From the NCBI RefSeq assembly GCF_032444005.1, contig NC_091283.1, positions 41,354,001 to 41,418,000 on the forward strand: DNA of 64,000 bases, written 5' to 3'. The position numbers were made by a program, and so were the translations under genes. This stretch comes from Ranitomeya imitator (Eukaryota). Of the stretch, positions 48,228-59,699 are shown one piece after another; position 1 is the stretch's first letter, and each line of letters begins with the position of its first letter. The notes below the pieces were generated by a model. That model did no database searches. It was not told where the DNA came from and saw nothing but the letters and a program-made list of their open reading frames with translations.

Positions 48228-49795
48228 GTTCTGCAATCCCTTATAAAAGAGGAAAAGGGTGGAAGTAATTTTAGGAAATGAAATACAATAGAGCCGCCTT
48301 CGTGTATCTAACTGTATCTAAGTTAGTTGTGAGTAGGGTTGGCCTGATGGTCTAGCATCTTATATCCGCCTTGTGGTGTGTTTTATAAAATGTCATACAA
48401 GATAGTGCTCAAATAACAGCGCCATACAATGTATAGCCAACCAATGACCAACACCACCCCAATCTAAGTAAACTAATGCCGCAATATGGTGATCAACCAA
48501 TACCAATATAATGTGACATATTAAAGCTAAATAAATAATATAAACAGTGCAATAATATTGATATATTACTAAGATTTGCCTCTTGTTGGGGCTCACGTCG
48601 GCAGGAACAGCTGATATACCCTGTGCTATGCTCCAGAACCTCAGGCCCTACGTTAGGTATCAGCTCTGCCTTTATTGTCTCTTTCACTCCTTCCCATACT
48701 GCAAAAATACTACTACACACTGGGGACTGAAATAATACAATAACGCAGTGATGGTGCGCACTGAGTAGCTGTAATATACAGCTAACACTGTGCTCCTGTA
48801 TTGTGGAGCGAGGTGGTAGCCATTGGCGAAGTACTCATCTTCCACACCCCGGCACGCTACATGAAAATGGGGGTCTGGATTTTATCTACCCTTGCAGGCC
48901 ATATGATGCCATTCACCTCGACTGGCCAGGACCAGATACTGAAATGTTCAATGAGCGAGAACACCACTTAACAAGGAACTGTCATTTACTAAACAATAAC
49001 TTGGTGGGAATTATATACAACAGATAGCGGGTGTATAGCTTCATGAACGTTTCTCTTAATACATGGAACATCTTCATATTCCTTTGCTCTATCCCTCCTT
49101 AGTCTTCTGTCTTCACCCCCACCCACCATGGTACTTCAGGATCTTCCATCGTCCCCAACAATAGTACCACAGTCAGTAAGTGACAGTCCTGTATTTTAAC
49201 CGACAGTTGTGCATCCTTTTCTCCTTTTGAGGAGCTACTTTCTACTATTACCGTTACTCAGCTTTTCTGCTGACCGATGCCTTGGAACTACCACCCGGGG
49301 CACTCTCTTCGTCTCACGTTCCCTGCTCTGATCCGTCACGTTACCTGGACTTGCAAGCTCAGTAATGCATTGCTAGGTTTCTTGCCCCAGGTCCTGACTC
49401 CGGAGAACCACTCACACCTTGTGTCACTTTCTCTTGCCTCTTTCCTGGATCTCGCTATCTGTTCCCTTGGTCTCCACTCACTAGAGGGACACCCACTTCA
49501 TACGACTCTGCTTATTTATCAGACCATAGGTCTGCTTCTGCTGCAGGCTGACTTAATTACAGGATACTGTCTATGTCCCTTAAATTTAACCCCTCCCACT
49601 CCAGACTAGTCCCAATCATTAATCCTAACTTTCTACTCTAGGGCGAACAATAACACGGTCACTAGTAACATGTATCACAATGCACATTACACATCACAGC
49701 AACCCAGGTTCTTCATGTGGGTACGTGGGCAACGCTTCCATTTTCTTACACTCTAAATACTTGGATCTGAGATAAGTCTGATCCCAATTGTTTAA

Positions 49796-50224
49796 AAGGG
49801 TTGGCCACTAGTCGGACAACCCCTTCTCATTACTTATGTTTCCCCCATTCAAATATAAACGCTTATACTCACCTCCCATGCCAATGCCAATCCAGCGGTG
49901 TTGACACTCAATCTCCCGGTGATCACGTGATGTTATGTCACACAAGCCCTTTGCCTAATCAGAGCCAGCTTCACTGTTGCGGCCCTCAGAAATATTGAAT
50001 ATCATCAAGAAGATTGGGCTGCGTCTGCTGTCACTTTCTCTTGATGTTTGATTTGTCCAAAGGTGGGGACAATGAAGCTGGCACTGATTGGCCGAAAAAC
50101 TAACATGACATAACGTCACATGCGCATCGAGTGAGTGCCGACACTTTTGGAATGGCGCAGACACGGGAGGTTGGGGGCAAACACTTAGATTGAGAAGGAG
50201 TTGTCCTGGTAGTGGACAACCAAT
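49796..50224. mobile_element. Kolobok/T2-type MITE
   Basis: TTAA flanks; double TIR ~AGGGGTTGTCCACTAC..GGACAACCCCTT; inner inverted GCCAGCTTCA / TGAAGCTGGC. Confidence 0.75.
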
Positions 50225-50571
50225 TTAACTTCTTAGATGCTACAGTCACAGTCAATGATGACATCTGCTATCATCTGAGTGGATAAGCCGAGAAAGTACA
50301 ACTAATTGTTTTTCAAGGCAACGAAGCAGTCTAACAATGGCTATGGCCACAGGTCTGTCATTGTTACAGCGCCGGATTACCAATTAGGCATAGTTGGCAC
50401 CAACCTACAGTACAGATCAAAAGTTTGGACATACCTTCTCATTTAAAGATTTTTCTGTATTTTCATGACTATGAAAATTGTACATTCACACTGAAGGCAT
50501 CAAAACTATTAAAGTACCACACGTGGAATTATATACTTAACAAAAAAGTGTGAAACAACTGAAAATATGTC

Positions 50572-52389
50572 TTATATTCTAGGTTCTTCAAAGTAGCCAC
50601 CTTTTGCTTTGATGACTGCTTTGCACACCCTTGGCATTCTTTTGATGAGCTTTAAGAGGTAGTCACCGGGAATGGTCTTCCAACAATCTTGAAGGAGTTC
50701 CCAGAGATGCTTAGCACTTGTTGGCCCTTTTGCCTTCACTCTGCGGTCCAGCTCACCCCAAACCATGTCGATTGGGTTCAGGTCTGGTGACTGTGGAGAC
50801 CAGGTCATGTGGCGTAGCACCCCATCGCTCTCCTTCTTGGTCAAATAGCCCTTACACAGGCTGGAGGTGTGTTTGGGGTCATTGTCCCGTTGAAAAATAA
50901 ATGATGGTCCAACTAAAAGCAAACCGGATGCAATAGCATACCGCTGCAAGATGCTGTGGTAGCCATTATGGTTCAGTATGCCTTCAATTTTGAATTAATC
51001 TGTTATGATCTGGTGGCCTAGGAGCAGCATAAGAAGTACTCTGGAGAAGGTGGTACCTGTACTGACCGCAGACCCTGAACTTAGCACCGCAACTAGAAGT
51101 AGCCGTGGGATGTACCTAACACTCCCTAGACACCTCGACACAGCCTTTAGAACTAACTTCCCCTAAAGATAGAAACGGGAAAACTATCTTGCCTCAGAGA
51201 AAATCCCCAAAGGATAGACAGCAAATATTGACTGTGAGAGGAGAGGGAAATGACATACGCAGACAGAAATCAGGATTTAGCAAAGGAGGCCAATCTAGCT
51301 AAAAAGAAAGAATAGGACAGAGTACTATGCGGTCAGTATTAAAACACTAGAAAATATCCACCACAGAAAATACAAATCTCCACATCTGACTAAAGACATG
51401 GAGGGTATATCTGCATCTCCAGAGACACAGCTTGGCTGCAAAAAAATCCTTCACAGACAAAGCTGGACAAGACAAAACATGAAAATGCACTGAACTATAA
51501 GGTCCACAGCATGTGGACAGCAAAAACAAAGCCAGAACTTATCTTTGTTGAAATGAACAGCAAAACAGGAGAGACCAGGTATGGATGTGAATCCTCCAAA
51601 AACAATGGACAACTGGCACTGACTAAAGGATCAAGCAAGACTAAATAGCCCAGTCCAAATTGCAATTAAGTGGACACACCTGATAAATGCTGCGATCCAA
51701 AGACAGCAGCACTACCACTCATAACCACCGGAGGGAGCCCAAGAGCAGAATTCACAACATTAATCCCCAGCAGTGTCACCAGCAAAGCACCCTCACACCA
51801 TCACACCTCCTCCTCCATCCTTCACGGTGGGAACCAGGCATGTAGAGTCCATCCGTTTACCTTTTCTGCGTCGCACAAAGACACAGTGGCTGGAACCAAA
51901 GATCTCGAATTTGGACTCATCAGAACAAAGCGCAAATTTCCACTGGTCTATTGTCCATTCCTTGTGTTCTTTAGCCCAAACAAGTCTCTCCTGCTTGTTG
52001 CCTGTCCTTAGCAGTGGTTTCCTAGCAGCTATTTTACCATGAAGGCCTGCTGCACAAAGTCTCCTCTTAACAGTTGTTGTAGAGATGTGTCTGCTGCTAG
52101 AACTCTGTGTGGCATTGACCTGGTCTCTAATCTGAGCTGCTGTTAACCTGCAATTTCTCAGGCTGGTAAATTTGATAAACGTCTCATCAGAAGCAGAGGT
52201 GACTCTTGGTCTTCTTTTCCTGGGGTGGTCCTCATGTGAGCCAGTTTCTTTGTAGCGCTTGATGGTTTTTGCCACTGCACTTGGGGACACTTTTAAAGTT
52301 TTCCCAATTTTTCAGACTGACTGACCTTCATTTCTTAAAGTAATGATGGCCACTCATTTGTCTTTACTTAGCTGCTTTTTTCTTGCCAT
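50572..52389 (-). pseudogene. Transposase pseudogene (stops, LTR insertion, catalytic E read as D)
   Basis: SDESKFEIFG, QRDNDPKH, SPDLNPIDMVW; 38 residues between second D and third acidic residue. Confidence 0.9.
51001..51759 (-). mobile_element. Solo LTR related to the 32096 element
   Basis: TGTTATGA...GAATTCACAACA termini shared; TSD TTAATC (50995-51000 / 51760-51765). Confidence 0.93.
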
Positions 52390-54166
52390 AATACAAATTC
52401 TAACACTCTATTCAGTAGGACTATCAGCTGTGTATCCACCAGACTTCTGCACAACACAACTGATGCTCCCAACCCCATTTATAAGGCAAGAAATCCCACT
52501 TATTAAACCTGACAGGGCACACCTGTGAAGTGAAAATCATTCCCGGTGACTACCTCTTGAAGCTCATCAAGAGAATGCCAAGAGTGTGCAAAGCAGTCAT
52601 CAAAGCAAAAGGTGGCTACTTTGAAGAACCTAGAATATAAGACATATTTTCAGTTGTTTCACACTTTTTTGTTAAGTATATAATTCCACATGTGTTAATT
52701 CATAGTTTTGATGCCTTCAGTGTGAATGTACAATTTTCATAATCATGAAAATACAGAAAAATCTTTAAATGAGAATGTGTGTCCAAACTTTTGGTCTGTA
52801 CTGTATATGTACCGTGTCTGTTGAAGGGTCCCGTGCAAGGAATGAAACATTTTATTGATTTGATGTGGAAAAAATTTTACAATCAGCTAACATTGGAAGT
52901 CAACTGGAACTACGGAGCTCCAATGTGAACATTAGAGAAAACGGCAGTGAAATTATATTCCAGCTGCTGTTGGGTATATTCAAGAATTCATGAGTATTAG
53001 GGGCATCTATGACATTGGGCATGGCAACTGTGTGATTGGCCAAAACGGGGATTGGGCATGGAGGAGGAGTAACTGGAGGAGGTAACTGGCCACGAGTTCT
53101 TGCCCACCCTAAATAAATCCTCTCTTTATTTTCTTACAATGCACAAACCCTCCTCCCAAATAAAATGCTGCCCCCTCCTAAAAAAATAATAATAGACCAT
53201 ACATTATATCTACTCCTAAATGGTATCAACTAAAAATACACATATGGTTACAAAAAATAAATAAAATCAGAAAAATAAAGAAAAATGACTTAAAATGCAG
53301 TGATGAAAAATTGAAAAATGACTCCTCTTTCTCATTAACTACGGCATCGTTAATAGGTAATAAACACGGTTAATGCCAGGATATCACCATGAAGCCCAGT
53401 CCTGAGGGGATTATCTAGAGTCACCAATTGATCAAACACATTCTGCAAATCTGGATTAACAACCTAATGTTTCTATGACAATTTTTAATTATACAGAATA
53501 ATGCAGAAAACCAGAAAAATGGATAAGGCCTTCAAATGTTCTTTGTTATAACCCTACTAGTAATATATCTTTTGCTTTGCCCCCAGGCCCAGGGTGCAAC
53601 GGCTACTCCTGCTCGGTCCATCGTTTTGTCCTTTGCTGTACATTATGTAATTATATTACATAAGCATCATCAGTTAATTGTCATCCAGCCCCAGTAATGC
53701 TCCTTCCCATGATCCATGTGGTATCAGCCTCCCGAATCCATTCTTATCATCCGATCGTCTACTATAGGAAAATAAGTCGGAATGACAGCACATTTATAAA
53801 GTCTCATCTCTTAGGAACTGACTGAGAGATTTCCCTTTGTGCAACTGAAACTGTCCACTATATCACGATGAATGACAGAATCTAACAATTAGTGTCAGGC
53901 CCAATGTTTCATTTACGGGAATTATGTGTTGGGTGGAAGAGTTTTCTGATGCACAAATTGATGGATATGGGATGTGAAACTCAACAAGTTACCTACGTCT
54001 CCATACTCGGAGGCAAGATGGGAGTATTATGTAAGACATAAAAACTACAATCAGCCGAAGATGGAAATTGAAGAGTAGTATGGTAACAAAGACGATAAAT
54101 GTACATTACTACATAGAACACTGAAATATTTTCCATCTATGTACATTATTACATAGAACACAAAAA

Positions 54167-54169
<3 letters not shown>

Positions 54170-54216
<47 letters not shown>
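54170..54216. repeat. (TATC)n microsatellite
   Basis: Direct reading. Confidence 0.98.
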
Positions 54217-54367
54217 GCAATATGGCAAAACACAGTGAGAAAGGTGCATACTTCAGTATCGAAACGTTGACACTGCCACTATGGGCTAATAAACCACTGT
54301 TGTTTTGCCATATTTATTAATGAAGGTCTTTATTACTAAGGGAAAATGAAATCCAAACCTACAGGGC

Positions 54368-54692
54368 CCTGTGTGAAAAAGTGATTGCCCCCTAAACCTA
54401 ATAACTGGTTGGGCCACCCTCAGGAGCGGCAACTGCACTCAAGCTTTTACCACGCTCTGGAGGAATTTTGACCCACTCATCTTTGCAGAATTGTTGTAAT
54501 TCAGCCACATTGAAGGGTTTCCAGCATCAATCGCCTTTTTAAGATCATGTGGCAACATCTCAAGCTGATTAAGATCAGGACTTTGACTAGACCACTCCAA
54601 AGTCTTAATTTTAGTTTTTCTTAAGCCATTCAGAGGTGGACTTGCTGGAGTGTTTTGGATTATTTTCCTGCTGAATAACTCAAGTGCGCTTC
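54368..54692 (-). mobile_element. Tc1 transposase C-terminal fragment
   Basis: KTLEWSSQSPDLNQLEML in ORF 54439-54852. Confidence 0.8.
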
Positions 54693-54760
54693 TGTAACAC
54701 CCCAGGAATTCGGTTGTCACAGTGGTGTTTCCTTCCTCATGGGGAGGGTGATGCCATTGA
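54693..54760 (+). mobile_element. Short 5' stub of a family A LTR
   Basis: TGTAACACCCCAGG...CCTTCCTCATGGGGAGGGTGAT matches the starts at 21333 and 2573. Confidence 0.65.
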
Positions 54761-54785
54761 TGGTGATGAGGGTGATGCAAATTAT

Positions 54786-54875
54786 GTCCTGTCTTTTGTG
54801 TGGTTTGCTCCGCTTGTTCCACAATCCCGGATCCGGATACAACCATACACATTCAACAACAGAATCTTCATCCAT
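54786..54875 (-). pseudogene. N-terminal fragment of a MADF/Myb-SANT-like DNA-binding protein (probable Harbinger second ORF)
   Basis: AAAATGG start; MDEDSVVECVWLYP(DP)GLWNKRSKPHKRQD resembles the MADF opening LIELVRxxPxLWDKRxxxYK. Confidence 0.5.
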
Positions 54876-55134
54876 TTTCAACAGTTCAATTTTACTTAGC
54901 AGTTCAGTTTTAGCCACAGATACAGCACAGTATGCTAGATTGGTAACAGTTCCTTCAGCCTGCACTAAGCGGCGTTTTTTTGCCGCGAAAAAAACGCATG
55001 CGTTTTTTCGCGGTAAAAAAACCCATTGATGTCTATGTAAACGCATGCGTTTTTAAGCACATGCGTTTGCATGCGTTTATAAATGCATGCGTTTTTATAG
55101 AAAAACACAAGAATACACACTTATAAGCCATCCC

Positions 55135-58018
55135 CCAACCCTAACCCTAACCCTAACCCTAAAACACAAACTCTAACCCACTCTAACACAAACTGTAACA
55201 CAAACTGTAACACAAACTGTAACACAAACTGTAACACAAACTCTAACACAAACTGTAACACAAACTCTAACACAAACTGTAACACAAACTCTAACCCTAA
55301 CCCTAGGGATCCTAACCCTAACACAAACCCTAACCCTAACACTAGGGATCCTAACCCTAACCCTAACACAAACCCTAACCCTAACCCTAAAACACAAACG
55401 CTAACACAAACTGCAACACAAACTGTAACACAAACTGTAACACAAACTAACACAAACTCTAACACAAACTCTAACACAAACCCTAACCCTAACCCTAGGG
55501 ATCCTAACCCTAACCCTAACACAAACCCTAACCCTAACCCTAGCCCTAACCCTAGGGATCCTAACCCTAACACAAACCCTAACCCTAACCCTAGCCCTAA
55601 CCCTAACCCTAGCCCTAACCCTAACCCTAGGGATCCTAATCCTAACCCTAACACAAACCCTAACCCTAAAACACAAACTGTAACACAAACTGTAACACAA
55701 ACCCTAACCCTAACCCTAGTGATCCTAACCCTTACACAAACCCTAACCCTAACACTAGCCCTAACCCTAACTCTAGCCCTAACGCTAACCCTAGGGATCC
55801 TAATCCTAACCCTTACACAAACCCTAACCCTAGCCCTAACCCTAACACTAACCCTAGGGATCCTAACCCTAACCCTAACACAAACCCTAACCCTAACCAT
55901 AGCCCTAACCCTAACCCTAGCCCTAAACCTAACCCTAGGGATCCTAATCCTAACCCTAACACAAACCCTAACTCTAACCCTAAAACACAAACTGTAACAC
56001 AAACTGTAACACAAACTGTAACACAAACTCTAACACAAACTCTAACCCTAACCTTAACCCTAGGGATCCTAACCCTAACACAAACCCTAACCCTAACCCT
56101 AAAACACAAACTGTAACACAAACTGTAACACAAACTGTAACACAAACTCTAACACAAACCCTAACCCTAACCCTAGTGATCCTAACCCTAACACAAACCC
56201 TAACCCTAACCCTGGCCCTAACCCTAACCCTAGGGATCCTAACCCTAACCCTAACACAAACCCTAACCCTAACCCTAGCCCTAACTCTAACCCTAACCCT
56301 AACCCTAGGGATCCTAACCCTAACCCTAACACAAACCCTAATCCTAACCCTAGCCCTAAACCTAACCCTAACCCTAGCCCTAACCCTAACCATAGGGATC
56401 CTAATCCTAACCCTAACACAAACCCTAACCCTAACCCTAAAACACAAACTGTAACACAAAATCTAACACAAACTGTAACACAAACTCTAACACAAACTCT
56501 AACCCTAACCCTAACCTTAACCTTAGGGATCCTAACCCTAACAAAAACCCTAACCCTAAAACACAAACTGTAACACAAACTGTAACACAAACCCTAACCC
56601 AAACTGTTACCCTAACCCTAGCCCTAACCCTAACCCTAGCCCTAACCCTAGGGATCCTAACCCTAACCCTAGGGGATCCTAACCCTAACCCTTAGGGTTA
56701 GGGTTAGGATCCCTTAGGGTTAGGGTTACGGTTAGAGTTAGGGTTTGTGTTAGGGTTAGGATCCCTAGGGTTAGAGTTTGTGTTTTAGGGTTAGGGTTAG
56801 GGTTAGAGTTTGTGTTAGGGTTAGGGTTAGGGTTTGTGTTAGGGTTAGGGTTAGGATCCCTAGGGTTAGGGTTAGGGTTTGTGTTAGGGTTAGGGTTAGA
56901 GTTTGTGTTAGGGTTAGGGTTAGGATCCCTAGGGTTAGGGTTAGGGTTTGTGTTAGGGTTAGGGTTAGAGTTTGTGTTAGGGTTAGGGTTAGGATCCCTA
57001 GGGTTAGGGTTAGGGTTTGTGTTAGGGTTAGGGTTAGGATCCCTAGGGTTAGGGTTAGGGTTTGTGTTAGGGTTAGGATCCCTAGGGTTAGGGTTAGGGT
57101 TTGTGTTAGGGTTAGAGTTTGTGTTAGGGTTAGGGTTAGGATCTCTAGGGTTAGGGTTACGGTTTGTGTTAGGGTTAGGATCCCTAGGGTTAGGGTTGGG
57201 GTTTGTGTTAGGGTTAGGGTTAGGGTTAGGGTTAGAGTTTGTGTTAGGGTTAGGATCCCTAGGGTTAGGGTTAGGGTTAGGGTTTGTGTTAGGGTTAGGG
57301 TTAGAGTTTGTGTTAGGGTTAGGGTTAAGGTTAGGATCCCTAGGGTTAGGGTTAGGGTTAGGGTTTGTGTTAGGGTTAGGGTTAGGATCCCTAGGGTTAG
57401 GGTTAGGGTTTGTGTTAGGGTTAGGATCCCTAGGGTTAGGGTTAGGGTTTGTGTTAGGGTTAGGGTTAGGGTTAGAGTTTGTGTTAGGGTTAGGATCTCT
57501 AGGGTTAGGGTTAGGGTTAGGGTTAGGATCCCTAGGGTTAGGGTTAGGGTTTGTGTTAGGGTTAGGATCCCTAGGGTTAGGGTTAGGGTTAGAGTTTGGG
57601 TTAGGGTTAGGATTTGTGTTAGGGTTTGTGCTAGAGTTTGTGTTAGAGTTTGGGTTAGAGTTTGGGTTAGCGTTTGTTTTACAGTTTGGGTTAGAGTTTG
57701 GGTTAGGGTTAGAGTTTGTGTTAGGGTTAGGGTTTGTGTTAGGGTTAGGGTTAGGATCCCTAGGGTTAGGGTTAGGGTTAGGGTTTGTGTTAGGGTTAGG
57801 ATCCCTAGGGTTAGGGTTAGGGTTTGTGTTAGGGTTAGGATCCCTAGGGTTATGGTTAGGGTTTGTGTTAATGTTAGGGTTAGGATCCCTAGGGTTAGGG
57901 TTAGGGTTTGTACTAGGGTTAGGATCCCTAGGGTTAGGGTTAGGGTTAGAGTTTGGGTTAGGGTTAGGGTTAGGATTCCTAGGGTTACTAGGGATCCTAA
58001 TCCTAACCCTAACCCTAA
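55135..58018. repeat. Interstitial telomere-like array, (CCCTAA)n-like then (TTAGGG)n-like
   Basis: CCCTAA mixed with CCTAGGGATCC, CACAAA and AACACAAACTGT words; polarity switches at 56693 and ~57990. Confidence 0.97.
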
Positions 58019-59699
58019 GTATTTATGTTTATGGTGGGTTTTCTAGTTGATTTTGATGATTGGCAGCTGTCACACACTTCTCATCATGCGTTTCAAAAAT
58101 GCAAACGCAGGAAAAGCGCGTTTAAACGCATCTAAACACGTAAAACGCGTTTAAACGCAAAAAACGCATGCGCTTAAAAAACGCTGCGTTTAAACGCGTT
58201 TAAACGCGTTTTTGCACCAAATGCGTTTGCATTTAAAACGCTGCGTTTTAAAACGCAAGTGTGAAACCAGCCTAACCCTTTACTTACTGCCATTCCTTGC
58301 CCCTGGGATGCTCAGCCTGACTCTGCAGCTTCCCATTTTCCCACCCAATCCCGTGAATCCCCATCTGTTTTCCCCTTTGGGAGCGAAATCAAGGCTGGCT
58401 CCCCCTACCTTTTTCAGGCTATTGGCCTTAGACATTATTGGGTGGACCACCGAAACTTGATGTGGGCTCTCGCACGTTGTGTTTTCCTTCCATTTTCCTA
58501 GTATTCACGTGACTTTCAGCCCAAGGGCCCTGAACCGCTTCTCTAAAAACTCTTATTTTCTTCAATCAACACTATCTCCAACTCTATCTAAGCAAGCATG
58601 CTTGTTTGTGGCATGCTCTTACACCTCTTTAGGATTCACCTCTTTCTCCTATTTTATTGGCACCTCTGCTCTCTTCCTGTCTCACCTCTTCCCTCTTTTT
58701 GTCTCCCCTCTTTTCTCTTTTTGTCTCTACTCTCCTTTCCTTTTAACTCTCCAATCTCCTCTTTTACTTTCTTTCCCATCCTTGGAAAATACTTATCCTG
58801 ACTATTTTTTCCCTTTTTTAGTAAATGCTTCTAATCCTCAAAATATAAAAATTCTGAATCATCTTTTCTCATAACTCTGTGTTGTGTCATTCCTCTGTTA
58901 TTCCTCCTCGGGACACGCTTCTTTGAGTAGAAGAGTGATTACACTCAGTTGTCAATTTATCCGTAAATTTCTAGGAGGAATATGAGAGACGTGGCACAGA
59001 GTTGATTTATAAAGATGCATCAGAATTGTTATTTCTGAATATTTACTCTTAACCCCTTAAGCCCCGAGGGTGGTTTGCACGTTAATGACCGGGCCAATTT
59101 TTACAATTCTGACCACTGTCCCTTTATGAGGTTATAACTCTGGAACGCTTCAACGGATCTTGGCGATTCTGACATTGTTTTCTCGTGACATATTGTACTT
59201 CATTTTAGTAGTAACATTTATTCGATATAACTTGCGTTTATTTGTGAAAAAAACGGAAATTTGGCGAAAATTTTGAAAATTTCGCAATTTTCCAACTTTA
59301 AATTTTTATGCCCTTAAATCACAGAGACATGTCACGCAAAATACTTAATAAGTAACATTTCCCACATGTCTCCTTTACATCAGCACAATTTTGGAACCAA
59401 AATTTTTTTTTGTTAGGGAGTTATAAGGGTTCAAAGTTGACCAGCAATTTCTCATTTTTACAACACCATTTTTTTTTAGGGACCACATCTCATTTGATGT
59501 CATTTTGAGGGGTCTATATGATAGAAAATACCCAAGTGTGACACCATTCTAAAAACTGCACCCCTCAAGGTGCTCAAAACCACATTCAAGAAGTTTATTA
59601 ACCCTTCAGGGGTTTCACAGGAATTTTTGGAATGTTTAAATAAAAATGAATATTTAACTTTTTTTCACACAAAATTTATTTCAGCTCCAATTTGTTTTA

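Larger units (their letters stand above)
50408..52803 (-). mobile_element. Tc1-superfamily transposon with DD38E spacing (Intruder-type), split by a solo LTR
   Basis: TA flanks; ~265-bp TIR CAGTACAGA(T/C)CAAAAGTTTGGACA; ~1631 bp after removing LTR and TSD. Confidence 0.92.
54786..58272 (-). mobile_element. One end of a PIF/Harbinger-type element containing an expanded telomere-like array
   Basis: TIR GGCTGGTTTCACACTTGCGTTT (minus) ending at 58272 followed by TAA; AAACGCATGCGTTT palindromes on both sides of the array; second TIR absent. Confidence 0.65.

Noticed and set aside
55121-58050. Long RV/LG/LT-repeat ORFs as genes; array as a true telomere or fusion site
   Set aside because: Simple-repeat translation; the array is internal, TE-flanked and in the wrong polarity for a fusion
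58479-58874. 131-aa hydrophobic ORF
   Set aside because: Product of pyrimidine-rich low-complexity DNA; no splice or domain support
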